The notes under the pieces: model-generated
What the model saw: the letters and a program-made list of their open reading frames with translations, nothing else
Told to the model about the DNA's origin: nothing
Database searches by the model: none
Assembly (NCBI GenBank): GCA_051453625.1
Contig: JBOZIK010000001.1
Coordinates: 31,649,849-31,669,848, forward strand
Origin: Welwitschia mirabilis
Lineage: Eukaryota
DNA length: 20,000 bases
Direction: 5' to 3'
Program-made: the position numbers and the translations under genes
In this document: positions 1-11,300 of the stretch, piece by piece
Numbering within the stretch: position 1 is the first letter of the stretch
How the letters are laid out: the number at the start of each line of letters is the position of its first letter

Positions 1-160
1 ATACATCACCTCAAGCAAGTAGTTGTTCATAGGGTATCCTCAAGGACTTTGAAGAAGGTATAAGAAATAAGCAATAAATCAGGAGAAAGAAAATTCTAAA
101 CTTATTTCCTTGTTTTTCCCACTTATATTTTGGCCGAGCTCAAATGGAATATTTAAGCAA

Positions 161-480
161 CAAAGGTTACTTAAAGGAGGTCTTCGAGTTCCTACTCAAA
201 TCATAAAGGGAATAGCAAAGAAAGAACAAAATAATCTATTTTTGAAGACACAATTAAAGGGGGTTAGTCATCTATCAAAGGGTTCTTTAATAGGTAACAT
301 ATACCTTACAGCACATCATGAAAGATAGATTCTTAACCTTTTCCAATAATTCAAAAGAGGTTTTTGGGTAATGAAGGTTACTTAAACAGGGTTCTTCAAA
401 TTGAAAAAGCTAGCTATAGGATCTTCAAGAAATAAGGAGTTACTTAAAGGGGTCCTTTAAAACAACAAATCTAGCTGTGA
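161..480. repeat. Degenerate short direct repeats with core GTTACTTAAA followed by a G-rich stretch
   Basis: Copies: AAGGTTACTTAAAGGAGGTCTTC (~163), AAGGTTACTTAAACAGGGTTCTTCAAA..CTAGCT (~374) and AGGAGTTACTTAAAGGGGTCCTTTAAA..CTAGCT (~435). The last two are about 60 bp apart. Confidence 0.6.
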
Positions 481-499
481 ATAAGAGATATAAGATTTT

Positions 500-3304
500 T
501 GTAATTGTAATTTTCAGTTAAGTTAGAAGAAAAAAAGTTTGATCTAGGATTTTTTGGATGAAACTAATTTTTTCTAACAGCTAAAAAAATCAGTAGATGA
601 GGTGCATCCTAAACTTACTCGAGTATGAAATTATGAATGACTTTTTTTACTTATACTTTTTATGTATTTATACACTACAATGCCTTAATCAATTTAAATC
701 AACACAAACTTCATCATTTGAATTATGCTTTATTGATATCCAACTTAGAAATGGCCTCTAATTCCAAAAATCTACTAACTACTCCTGCTACTCCTCCTCA
801 TGTAAGGAAGTTTAAGTACTACTTATTTAGCTTAGTGTTTTCATAGATATAAATGAACATCACCAGTGTAGGTAAAACTTCTTCAAAAATTTTAGTGAAA
901 AATGTCTATACTCCTAATCTTCCATCTTACAATTTAGTTTCTAAAGTGCTCAGCACCTTGGATGAAATACTTCAAGAGAATGAAATAAACTAGTTTATTC
1001 ACGAGGAAGTTCCACCATATTTTAATCCCATAGTACATAAATTATGCATTGAATACTTGAGAATTTATACTACTAAGATGAGCTTTATTCTAACTAATGA
1101 AACAAATAGGTATTATGCTTTCTAAGGTCATTTGTAGATCAGATATAAGAGTTAGAGTGAAGGGTATGGTAAACTAAGGTTAAAAAAATAGCTTTAAGTC
1201 TCTCTGCTTTTTCTTTTGATGAGGATCACTTAAAAACATGGGGACATGAGATGACTCAGCCTACTAGAACTTCTATAATTCTCATACTATAGAAATGGAG
1301 ATTCTAACTAACTCCCTATACTACCTATATTTACTTCCTTTAATGGAAACTTTTAGCAAAAAGAGATCTAGGAGGAAGAACAAGTATAAAGACTAATTCT
1401 TTTAAGGTCTTATGGAATAAAGTTTAGGTACTCATTTTTTAGTTATGCTTACTACTTATCTAGATGTACCTATAATTATAGAACAATTTTACTTTTTGTT
1501 TAAAACTATTTTTATTGAAAAACTTAAAGACTGTTATTGCTTATATTATGGAATAAGAATCTTCTATTAAAAATAATTGGTTGTCTTTTATTTAATACTT
1601 TTTTTCTTATGCCAAATTATAACAACTATTTAAATGTTAATATCTTTTATTCTTACAAGAATTTATTGCTTCAGTAATAGAGAGAATTAGATCATGGACT
1701 AAAAAATTCCTCTCTTCTACTAGTAGACTTATTTTAGTCAAAGTGGTGCTTCAATCCTTATCTTCTTTTTTATGCAGGATGTTTCTTCTTCCTAACAAGG
1801 TCCTTGCTAAGATTAATTTCTTATGTAGAAGATTCCTTTATACATGGTTTTCTAATCATTCCAAGAAGGCCCTTATATCTTGACATAATTTGATGAAACC
1901 AAAAGTAGTAGGTGGTTTGGGCTTAACTAACATTATATTAATGAACAGAGATTTGGTGCTAACTCAATTATGGAATTTAGAACTCAAAAATGATAGCCTT
2001 TGGGTTAAATGATGTAATGAGTATTACTTTAAGGAATTAAATGTCTAGCAATATCAGGTAATACAAAAAACCTCATGAATCATCAAAAAAATTCTGAATT
2101 TCAGATATCAGGTAGGAAGATATGTACATTTTATCAATAATGCTCTAGTTTATATTGTAGGTGGTTGTAATTCTCCACCTCCTCAACTTACTTGCAACTA
2201 TGTGGATAGGCCCCTAAGGTAGACTGGTCTTCTCTTGTATGGAATATATTAACTTTATTAAAACATTCCTTTATTACTTAGCTAGCCAGCAATAATAGAC
2301 TAATTACTAAGGATAGATTGCTCAAGGTTTGGTTTCAGATTGAATGTAAATGTATTCTATGTGATTTAGCTAAAGAAACCATATTTTCTTTGAATGTTCT
2401 CCTTGCTCTCATCTTCTCCAATCTACTTTAAATCTAATTCACTTACAACCCCCTATAGCTTCATGGATTGACTTGATAATTTGGCTAAAGTAGTAAGTTA
2501 GGTCTAGATCCTCTCAACATAGCATCACCAAGTCCCTAATTACCATTTGCATCTATCATGTTTGGTAAGGATGAAACATGAAGATCTTTAATTAGACAAC
2601 ATTCAATGTACTTCAAATGATTAAATAAATCAATATTTAGCTAATGATCCATCTCTCATCCATCTACAAGCTAAAAGACACTCAGAAAAATCACTCTTAG
2701 TATCAGCTCATAGACATCTATTCACAATTTCTTAGAAGAAGTACTCTATAGTCTCATCAGTCCACTTTCCAATTGTCTTCATGTGTTTTAAAGATGTGCT
2801 AATTCATCTCCTATCAATATCTTCCTTTTAAGGCTTTGCTCTTATTATTTTACAAATACTTCTCTAGGAACTTATTAAAGAATTTGAGCTAGGGAAGAAG
2901 GACTAAAATATTAGGCTCCTTGAGGCTATTATTAGCAATGTGATGCAACATTCCAAGCTTTTGTTTATTATGCTTTGTAGGCCTTCCTCCATAATGTTGC
3001 TCTCCACTAGGTGTCTAGCATTGTCTCTTTCGCTCATAAGGAGACTTTGTTCTAGGATCACCAATCTAAGTGACAGACTAGGAAATGGTGATCTATTTCC
3101 TCCCTTGTATTCCCCTCATGCAAAGTTTAGAGTTTTCTTAGATAGTCCACTACTACCTCAAGATTTATTTATTTTCCTATTTCTATTTCAGCTTTGTAAA
3201 GTGATCTGTTTTTTTTCTTAGGTTATATGTACTATGTTTTTTGTGAGAGTTGTTTTATTTTCTCCTCCAGTAATGAAATGGTTTTAAATTTCATTAAAAA
3301 AAAA
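500..3304 (+). mobile_element. Degenerate plant L1-clade LINE (ORF2 remnants, long 3' region, poly(A) tail); 5' boundary approximate
   Basis: Manual translation gives ordered L1 ORF2 motifs: RKFKYY (~805), PSYNLVSK (~921), NGDSN (1294-1308), YLDVP (~1457, cf. YLGVP), IERIRSWTKKFLSSTSRLILVKVVL..FLLPNKV..CRRFL..KPKVVGGLGL..DSLWVK* (~1678-2012), zf-RVT, and CIYHVW*G*NMKIF (~2548-2589, cf. IYxIWxERNxRIF). It ends in AATGAA (3272) and A9 (3296-3304). Confidence 0.88.
1678..2589 (+). pseudogene. LINE ORF2 C-terminal part (post-RT region plus zf-RVT zinc-binding domain), broken by stops and frameshifts
   Basis: WSSLVWNILTLLKHSFIT*LASNNRLITKDRLLK (from 2225) then CILCDLAKET..FEC (2351-2397) match the zf-RVT pattern W..VW..PKHSFI.WLA..RL.TxDRL..CxLC..E..HLFFxC. 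Conserved Trp codons have become TGA or TAG. Confidence 0.9.
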
Positions 3305-4039
3305 GGATTTTATTGCTTTAGGATAAATAAAGAAAAGATACATTTATTTAAATGTCCTGAATGTTGAAACAAAACAATGATACCTTGTGTAACATTTGCA
3401 TTTCTTTTGAGGTTCACTTGGTTTTGAAAAATATTAGAGACCAATCATTTCTTAGATAACATATTGAGAATGATTGTATTATTTATACTTGCAAGCTAAA
3501 GAGCCTTTATTTTAAAGAAAACTTTTACAATAAGAAGAGCACAAGCACTGTCATAGGATTAAGTCCTTATAGAGTTATAAACTCAAATCATTACCAACTA
3601 GTTCCCTAGTGAAGTTCTTATAGCTATCTTATTATACTATCAAAGGCTTATTTTGGGAATATTTGCCTCGATGTACTTATGATAGGATATTGCTCTTTTT
3701 TGTTTTAAATTTTTTTCTTTTTTTTTCCTTTTTCTTTATAATATAAGATAAAAGATTACACATGGATCATTATTTTCCTTTAATCATCTACTCATTGTTA
3801 TTATTATAACCTCATCCTTTATGAGGTCTTACTAATTACTTAGAGAGAAAATTTAACTTGAAAAATAAAATTCTATAATTTGAATAACATCCATTTTTTT
3901 TCCTTAAAAGACGAACTTTATTATATGATAAAAGTCTTTTTTTTCTTTTTCCAAAAATACAATGATTAAGGAGGAAGATGCATAGATAGAATTCTTTCCA
4001 TCTTATAAGGTTATCAAATTTCTTCTAAGAATAAAAATT

Positions 4040-5100
4040 CTTCTATGTAAGTTTTGATTTTATGATTATTTATTTGATATGTATCTTTAGTATCCTCATT
4101 AAATACTTTCATTACTTCATTAGGTAAATTTTTTTATTTAAGTATATGGACCATACTATTTCTAAGTATACTTTTGTTTAGAGGATATATATTTAGAGTC
4201 AAAAACCAAAACTTTATCTCCAATTTTAAAATTAATTTTTTGAATATTATGATTATGTCACTTTTTAAATTGTCCTTTGATTAATTCTTTTCTTATCAAA
4301 GATTCTCTTCTATCCCCATCTAATTTATTCATATTTTGTATTTACTTCTTTTGAGCTTTACATAGATAATGATCTAATTATTTAGCTAATTTACAGGATG
4401 CTAATTTAAATTTAATAGGTAAAATTGCTTTCTTACCATAAATCCACTCATATGGTGTGAAACTTATACTATTTTTCCAAGTTCTCTTATAGGCCCATAA
4501 AGCTTTAGTAAGTTTATATGCCTAATGAGTTCTTTTAGTGTTTACTATTTTAGTTAGAATTTAGTTTAATTCTATATTAGTGACCTCAACCTGATCATTA
4601 GATTAGAGATGATAAGCAGAGGAGAGTTTATGATGGAACCCTTATTTAGATAAAACATTTTCAAAGGCTTGATTAGTGAAATGGGTTTTCCTATCTGATA
4701 CAAGACTCCTAGGCATACCAAACTTATGAAATATATTCTTAGATAAGAATTTTACTATAGTCTTAGTGTAACAATTAGGAATAGCCTTGGCTTTAGCCCA
4801 TTTAGTCAAATAGTCCTCATAGATTATAATGTATTTCTTTTCATAGGATTTTGAATTAATAGGACCAATGAAATATATTTCCTAGAAATTAAAGGACTCT
4901 AAATCGTAAATCCATTGTTGGGACATTTCCACTACTTTTGAGCATTCTTCCTCTCTTTGACACTTATCACATCCTTTAGTGTAATTGAAAGAGTTCCTAA
5001 ATAGAGAAGGCCAATAATATCCTACATTTAATATTTTTATGAATATTCCTTTTCCTACATAATGACCTCCTCCTTCTTCTACATAGAAAGTTTTTAGGAG
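4040..5100 (-). pseudogene. Integrase remnant (zinc-binding region, catalytic core, C-terminal GPY/F region)
   Basis: Minus-strand motifs: GGGHY (~5060-5075), CDKCQR (~4955-4972), FIGPINS (~4853-4873), DYLTKWAKAKAIP (~4777-4815), ISDRKTHFT (~4675-4701), ALWAYKRTWK..FTPYE.IYGKKAILPIKF (~4409-4503), FKIGDKVLVFDSK..YGPY..INNHKIKTY (~4047-4230). Confidence 0.93.
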
Positions 5101-5360
5101 CTCCTTCTAATTAGGTTTACTAATACATCTTTAGATGATGCCATCCTTATAAAATTTGAAGAGAATCTTATTTTTTCATATATAATTTTTTACGTCTTTT
5201 AATAATCTCTTTTTCTCATAATAGGTTAAGTAAGGAGGTACCCTATTACTTACTAATAAATTAGCAATTTCTACAAACTAAAAATCTTGTTGCGAACTTA
5301 CTAAATACTCATCAGAAAAACGTTTTGAATATCCAATTGTTCAGTTTCTTTAGAGAATTT

Positions 5361-5725
5361 TAGCTTAGACAAATGATCATTTACAACATTTTTTGTTCCC
5401 TTCTTATCTATCATCTTGAGATCAAATCCTTATGTTAATAGTATTCATATTATTATTCAAGAATTGGCTTCTTTCTTATTCATTAAAAATCATATAGTGC
5501 TATGATTCATGTGAACTTTAATATCATAACCTAAGATATAATACTTGAATTTCCTTAAGGCTACCACTATGTCTATCATATCATTTTTTATAATTATATA
5601 ATTTTATTGTGCAGAATTAAATTTTTATTTATTTAAGTAATAGCAGAGGATTTATAATGATCATCTTTCTATTCTAAAATAGCATTAACAACATACTATG
5701 AATCATTAGTTATAATGTAGAAAGA
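5361..5725 (-). pseudogene. RNase H remnant of the gypsy element
   Basis: Minus strand FYIITNDS*Y (~5693-5722, cf. F.I..DAS) and DRKGTKNVVNDHLSKL (5361-5408, cf. DKKGxENVVADHLSRL). Confidence 0.85.
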
Positions 5726-5859
5726 TTTATCCCAATCTAGTTTTTGTAAAATAGGAACTTCAATTAATTTATCTTTTAGAATTTAAAAAGCCTTTAGCAT
5801 TCTTGGGTCCATTCACAAGATGCATCTTTTTGTAAAAGATTACAATGGTTGAGTAATTT

Positions 5860-6570
5860 TAATAAAATTAGCAATAAATCCTCTATAATAATCTACATAA
5901 CCTAGAAATAATCTCAATTCCTTTAGTTTATAGTTGGAGGAGGAATTTATTTAATGACATTAATCCTTTACTCATTAGTTTCAATTCCTTTGACTGATAT
6001 CCTATCACTTAAAATAATACCTTTAACTACCATGAGATGACTTTTAGACCAACTCAGTTTCAAATTCTTTTCTTCATATTGAGTAATTATAACTTCCAAT
6101 ATTTCCAAAGATTCACTAATTTCCAAAAGTTGAGAAATCATCCATGAAAACCTTAGTTGATCTTCTTATCTATCCTAGAAAATAATGTTCACTTGCCTTT
6201 AAAAAGTGACTAGTGCATTACATAATCCATAGAGTAAAACTGTAAAGGCATATCTATCCCATTTATAAGTAAAAGTCTTTTTCGCTTGGTCTTCAAGAGC
6301 TATAGGAATTTAATTATACCCACTATATCCATTTAAGAAACTATAGTATCTATAACCAAAAATTCCTTCTAAAACTTGATTCACAAATGGTAAAGAAAAA
6401 TGATCTTTATAAGTAGTAGCATTCAGTATCCTAAAATCTATTCCCATTCTCCATTTATTATTCTTCTTAGGAACTACTATCATAAGGATTACCCATTCTA
6501 AATTAGAAATAGAGTAGATGAATCCTACTTTTAATAACCTTAAAATTTCCTAGTTAATATCATCTTGCAT
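5860..6570 (-). pseudogene. Reverse transcriptase remnant of the gypsy element
   Basis: Minus strand KDHFSLPFVNQVLE (~6369-6410), FLNGYSGYN*IPIALEDQAKKT (~6274-6339), the catalytic KVFMDDFSTFG (~6123-6155) and ELRLFLGYV (~5894-5920). Confidence 0.93.
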
Positions 6571-7049
6571 ATGAGGATCACATATTTTTTTTTGATTATC
6601 TAATAGGTTTTATTATGGTATTTAAATAAATCTTATTTTGGCATATTACAGTGTCTATCCCTATAATATCTTTATTAGTCCAAGAAAATTAGTTTATTTT
6701 ATTAACATTATTTGTAATTTTCTCTTTTGAAAATGATTTAAATTTCTATTAATGATTAGAGATAAATTTTTATGTATTTCAAACCTTTCTTAAGAGGAGG
6801 TTTTTTCAATTTTCTCTTTCTTCTCAGTTGGTTTAATAGTCAAAAAGTAATATTCTCTTTTAAGTTTTTGTTCTACTAATATTTGCTAAGCTTCATTCAT
6901 GAGAATCATGTTAGCACTACCCCCCACCCCTCTATTAGAATAAGGGTGTTCAATTTCTACCTCATCAAATATTTTTATTTACTGCACAAGGTCTCCTAAA
7001 CTAATATCCATTACTCCCTTCCTTGAATAAATAGTTTCATTGGTTGTTT

Positions 7050-7360
7050 CCATTTAAGTTCTCCCTAGGATCATGAGATGTATATTTCCCTTTATCTTCA
7101 TGACAACTAGATCCACTAAATATCCAAATTCTTGTAGTTCTTTTAATTTCTTTTTCATTATGCCCTCTAATTTTATTGTATAGCCATGTGCCATGTAAAC
7201 TTATCCATTATGTGGAGTTAACTATGGACTTTTAAGATATTTGAATGTATCATAAGAAATAACATTAATATTGGCCCCTAAATACACTAAAGCTTCTATT
7301 TTATGGGCATCTTTAATAACTCTATCTACTACTAGTATTCTAGGGTCACTATACTTATCA
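7050..7360 (-). pseudogene. Aspartic protease remnant with the catalytic Asp lost
   Basis: KYSDPRILVV (~7328-7357) then IEALVYLGANINV (7261-7299, cf. ALxDLGASINL) and LMILGRT (~7058-7078, cf. ILGRPF). Confidence 0.85.
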
Positions 7361-7397
7361 ATTTGATTTTCTTATAGAGCTTAAGTAGAAGCCCAAG

Positions 7398-9078
7398 ATA
7401 CCTAATCTCTTTTAGTTAATTATTTTATTGACTATTTATCATTAATTCTCTCTTTCTTTTTCTTACTTCCCTCTTTATTAGAAAAATTCTTCATTTTCTT
7501 CTAATATAAGAAAATGTCCTTTAATATCCTCACAAAAGATAATGTAATTGAAACATCTTCTAGAGCTCTAATAAGATATTATACATCTTTTTCTCCTTTC
7601 TTTAAAAATTTCCTTATCATCTTACTTCTCATTGGAGATGGTAAGGAATCGTCCATTTCTCCTTTAGTTGAACATTTTCAATCACTCTTCCATATTTTGT
7701 AGTTGCCTAGGAGATGAATTAGAATGATGACTTTTTAATAACCTAGTTCTAATAACTTTATAACCAGATTCCCTTGGATTTGGTTGAGCTTATGCAAGTG
7801 TAAATGGTTCTTTAGGTTCTTTTCCTTATCTTGTTATGGATTGTGACTAGATTCCCCTTTTTGATTTCTCTAGTTCCTAAAATAATCATATCATTGTTGT
7901 ATTTTAGACTAAATAAATCTCTACATTGAAGTCTCTTTATTATTTTTTCATTTTCTAGTTTAGTTAGCACAAGATTTATTATTAATTTAATGAGCATTGT
8001 TAGGATTATAATTAATTTTGTTAGTGTTTAACCATTCAATAAAATCCACCATTCATGAACATTCTATAAATTAATGATTCTCCTCATTATAATATTCATA
8101 AGTTTTTACTTCCTCTTCTTATTTTAATCTATAAATCTCTTTTATTAGAGCTTCTATTATCTTATTGGTTTTTTCTAGCATGNNNNNNNNNNNNNNNNNN
8201 NNNNNNNNNNNNNNNNNNNNNNNNNNNNNNNNNNNNNNNNNNNNNNNNNNNNNNNNNNNNNNNNNNNNNNNNNNNNNNNNNNATACCTAAACTCTTTTAA
8301 TTAATTCTTTTATTAATTATTCATCATTAATTTTCTCTTTTTTTTTTTTATCCCCTCTTTACTACACAACTTCCTCATTTTCTTCCAATATAAGGAAATG
8401 TCTTTTAACATTTTTTCTAGAGGTAAGGTAATTGAAGTTTCTTCTAGAGCTCTAGTAAAATATTATACATCCTTTTCTACTTTCTTTAAAAAATTCCTTT
8501 TTATCTTAATTCTCATTAAAAATGGTAAGGAATGATCCCTTCCTCCTTTAATTAAACTATTTTTAACCACTCTCCCATTTTCTTTGGTTTTCTTTTCTTT
8601 TCTAAGAGGTGAATTAGAATGATGGCTTCTACCTAACATAGTTCTAACATCTTTACAACCAACTTCTCTCAAATTTGATTTGAGTTGTATAGGTATAAAA
8701 GGTTCTTAAGGTTTATTCCCCTTATCTAGTTGTTGATTGTAACTAGATTCCCCTTCTTGATTTCTCTAGTTCCTAAAATAATCATATTGTTCTTATCTCT
8801 TAGACTACATAAATCTCTATATTAAAGTTTTTTTTTTATTTTTTCCTTTTTTAGTTTAATTATAATAAGGCTTCTTCTTAATTTGGGGATTATTGTTAGG
8901 ATTATAATCAATTTTTTTAATATCCAATCATTTCAAAAACCTTGTCATCTATAGACATTCCATAGATTGATGATTTTCCTCACTATAATATTTGTAAGTT
9001 TTTACTTTTTCTTCTTGTTTTATATATTAATTTTCCCTATTAGATATTCTATTCTTGTATTAGTCTCTTATTATCATG
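7398..9078. repeat. Diverged direct duplication: 7398-8182 versus 8283-9078, flanking a 100-N gap
   Basis: The two segments are colinear throughout, for example ATACCTAATCTCTTTTAGTTAAT vs ATACCTAAACTCTTTTAATTAAT, and TTGATTTCTCTAGTTCCTAAAATAATCATAT is shared. Identity is roughly 75-80% by eye. Confidence 0.9.
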
Positions 9079-9973
9079 CTTACGTGCTTGGTTTCTATTT
9101 ATTTCTCTATTGGAACTTCATTGATATTTCTCTTTTCTTTCTCTTCATTTTGAGTCCACCGTTGATTCATTTTGTATAATTTATTTATACTAGTTTTAAT
9201 CTCTTGGATGTTGTCATTATTGATGCTTTTTCCATGGAGTATATCTAACTTTTCTAAATAGTCAATCTATATACCACTTAATAAATCTCTTATTCCTTCT
9301 TTAAGAGTTACCCCATGATTAGGATATCTTGCTAGTAGAATCCAGTATCTATAAATAAACTCATTAAATTTCTCATGTTCTTTCTATTTAACATTTAAAA
9401 TTTAATCTCTCAAATCTTTAATGACCTACTTGATTTGATATCTATTCAAAAATACTAACCTTAAAGAGTCTTAGGTTTTAAAAGTATAATTTGAAAACTA
9501 TGAAACCACAATTAGTAATCTCAATTTAAGGTAAAAGAAAATGTGTCAAAAAACCTGAGTCCATTTCCAAGTAGTTAGCCTTGCAAAAAGAATAAAAAAG
9601 ACTTAGATAAAGATAAGTCCTTTAGCTTTTTTGCCTTTAAAAGTAAGAATATTAGTATTATTTATATTTCTTATCTTGTTAAGAGTTTTTAAAACTAAAG
9701 TATCTACAGGATTAGTTATTTGAGATGTATAATAGTTAATGCTCAACGGAGTAGAATTAACTACCTCTTCTTCATCTCAATACAATCCTTTTAGTCTTTG
9801 CAATTTTTCTCTTTGTATTTGAGCTTGTATCAATAGATTAATTTTATGCTGTAACTCTTCTTGAATTCTCTTAAGTGTTTTTATATTTTCTATGAAGTCA
9901 TAACAACCAATTTTATTTCTTACTGCATCACTAATTACTTCATCCAACTTTTATTTTTTAGGGTTCTAGACAT
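7398..9973 (-). pseudogene. gag remnant (Retrotrans_gag-like), with its C-terminal part present twice around the gap
   Basis: WFHSF..T*DSLRLVFLNRY..LRD*ILNVK*REHEKFNEFIYRYWILLARYPNHG (~9312-9509) fits Athila gag. There is a candidate ATG at 9973-9971 and a QPNP motif at ~7775-7786. Confidence 0.8.
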
Positions 9974-10056
9974 ATCATTTCTTCTTATCCCTTTATTGTA
10001 CTTGGTTATCTTTTCTTAAAATGGTCTTCATTATTTAAGTCAAAAGAGTAGAAGTG

Positions 10057-10073
10057 TCCTACTTCTAATGCCA
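10057..10073 (-). promoter_or_regulatory. Primer-binding site, tRNA-Asn(GUU)-like
   Basis: The minus strand reads TGGCATTAGAAGTAGGA, 3 nt after the LTR-terminal CA. It matches 13/17 to TGGCGCTAGAAGGAGGG, the complement of the plant tRNA-Asn 3' end as I recall it. Three of the four mismatches are G>A or C>T. Confidence 0.75.
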
Positions 10074-10076
10074 AAA

Positions 10077-10993
10077 TGACAAGCCTTTAATTTAATTAGA
10101 AATACTATAAAATAATTAACTAATTCCAATTAAATACTTAATAAAAATAAAGTTATATTACAAAAGTACTAAAAAAAATGAAAACTATATCATCACATAG
10201 AGACTTTTATCATTACTAATTTTTATATGGAGTTTACTTTTTCATGTTTTTAACTCGAATGAACACTCTTTTTATTAAATCAGAGCACATTCTATGTCAA
10301 AAATAAATATTCATGGAAAAATGGTATTTTGATAATTACTCTATTATAAATAATATTTATAGGAAATGAGGAATAAAAATAAATGAAATAGAGAAAACAT
10401 AGCCATATTATGTGTATTACTTATGTATAAGTGATACACTATCTCAATATTAACTCTCTAGCTAAAATTAATACTAAGAGCAAGAAAATAACTTTTTCAA
10501 ATTACATAGTAATACCAGATTATTTTTATAGTGTAAATTTGTATTACTATCTAGAAAATATAGCAATAAGCAAGTTCATATGTTTTCACAAGAGGTATAG
10601 TAGCTAGGAAGTTACTTTGTAGTTCTTTCATCATGATTGTCTTTGCCTTAGATGCACTTTCTAGATATTTTCTAAGTTGCCAAAAAAACGATCTTGGTGT
10701 CTCCTCCACACTACATATTTATAGGTATAGCCCAAGTGATTTTTATTTCATTTTTGTACCACCTGTCCCCATCTCTCTAATGGTTTTCTTACATTACTGG
10801 GTTTTTACTTTTTTTATGCCATCTGTTTAATTTTTACAATCATTTCCCTATGTTGTAGTAAGGCTTCCAATATTCTTGTATTATAATAATTATCTTGTAA
10901 AAATAAGTTACTTATTTTAGCAATAATATATTATAATAATGTTATTTGATTCATCATAGAATATAAAAATGTACATAGAATTTTGATTCATCA
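10077..10993 (-). repeat. 5' LTR (~917 bp) of the first gypsy element
   Basis: Plus-strand termini are TGACAAG (10077) and TTCATCA (10993), giving TG..CA with an imperfect inverted repeat derivable from TGACGA..TCGTCA. It is adjacent to the PBS, contains a TATA box, and composition changes abruptly after 10993. An alternative end lies at 10956. Confidence 0.7.
10716..10725 (-). promoter_or_regulatory. LTR TATA box CCTATAAATA
   Basis: Plus-strand TATTTATAGG lies about 270 nt inside the LTR 5' end and points toward the PBS and gag. Confidence 0.65.
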
Positions 10994-11300
10994 CCTACCT
11001 AGCTATACTACCTAATTCACTTTATTCCTACTCCTCCTACTTGCTACCACTTCACTTTGCTACTTCTCTATTGTCTACCACTCACTAAGATCATCACCCA
11101 TTATTAATTTACCTCTACCTATGTATTTCCTCTCATTTATTTATGGTAAGCTATGCTTTTATAATAGTCATTTACTTACTCTCCGCTCACTGCGTAAGCC
11201 TATAATCTAATCACCACTTCCTACACTAATCTAATTTCCACACCTTTTTACTACACTAATATGTAGTCTAGTAATTCTACCTATGCTAATCCAATTAAGT
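10994..11300. repeat. C-rich, G-poor low-complexity tract with CTAC and CTACACTAAT units
   Basis: Recurrent CTACC/CTACT words. CTACACTAAT occurs at ~11221 and ~11251, with a CTATGCTAAT variant at 11281. Confidence 0.55.

Larger units (their letters stand above)
4040..10993 (-). mobile_element. Degenerate Ty3/gypsy LTR retrotransposon, Athila-like (5' LTR-PBS-gag-PR-RT-RH-INT); 3' LTR not seen; may be two paralogous copies joined at the 8183-8282 gap
   Basis: Domain order PR-RT-RH-INT on the minus strand. Athila-type motifs VFMDDFS, KDHFSLPF, QPNP and gag ..YPNHG are present. I see no extra archaeal-type RNase H and no chromodomain. Confidence 0.9.

Noticed and set aside
547..553. GGATTTT as a target-site duplication matching 3305-3311
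   Set aside because: It is only 7 nt in AT-rich DNA and seems to lie inside the endonuclease remnants, so chance is the likely explanation.
2940..3221. 93-aa ORF as a possible gene or LINE RNase H
   Set aside because: It has no recognisable motif and lies in the LINE 3' region. I saw no RNase H catalytic motifs in 2590-3270.
6921..6932. C-run CCCCCACCCC as a minus-strand polypurine tract
   Set aside because: It lies inside pol between PR and RT, with no adjacent LTR.
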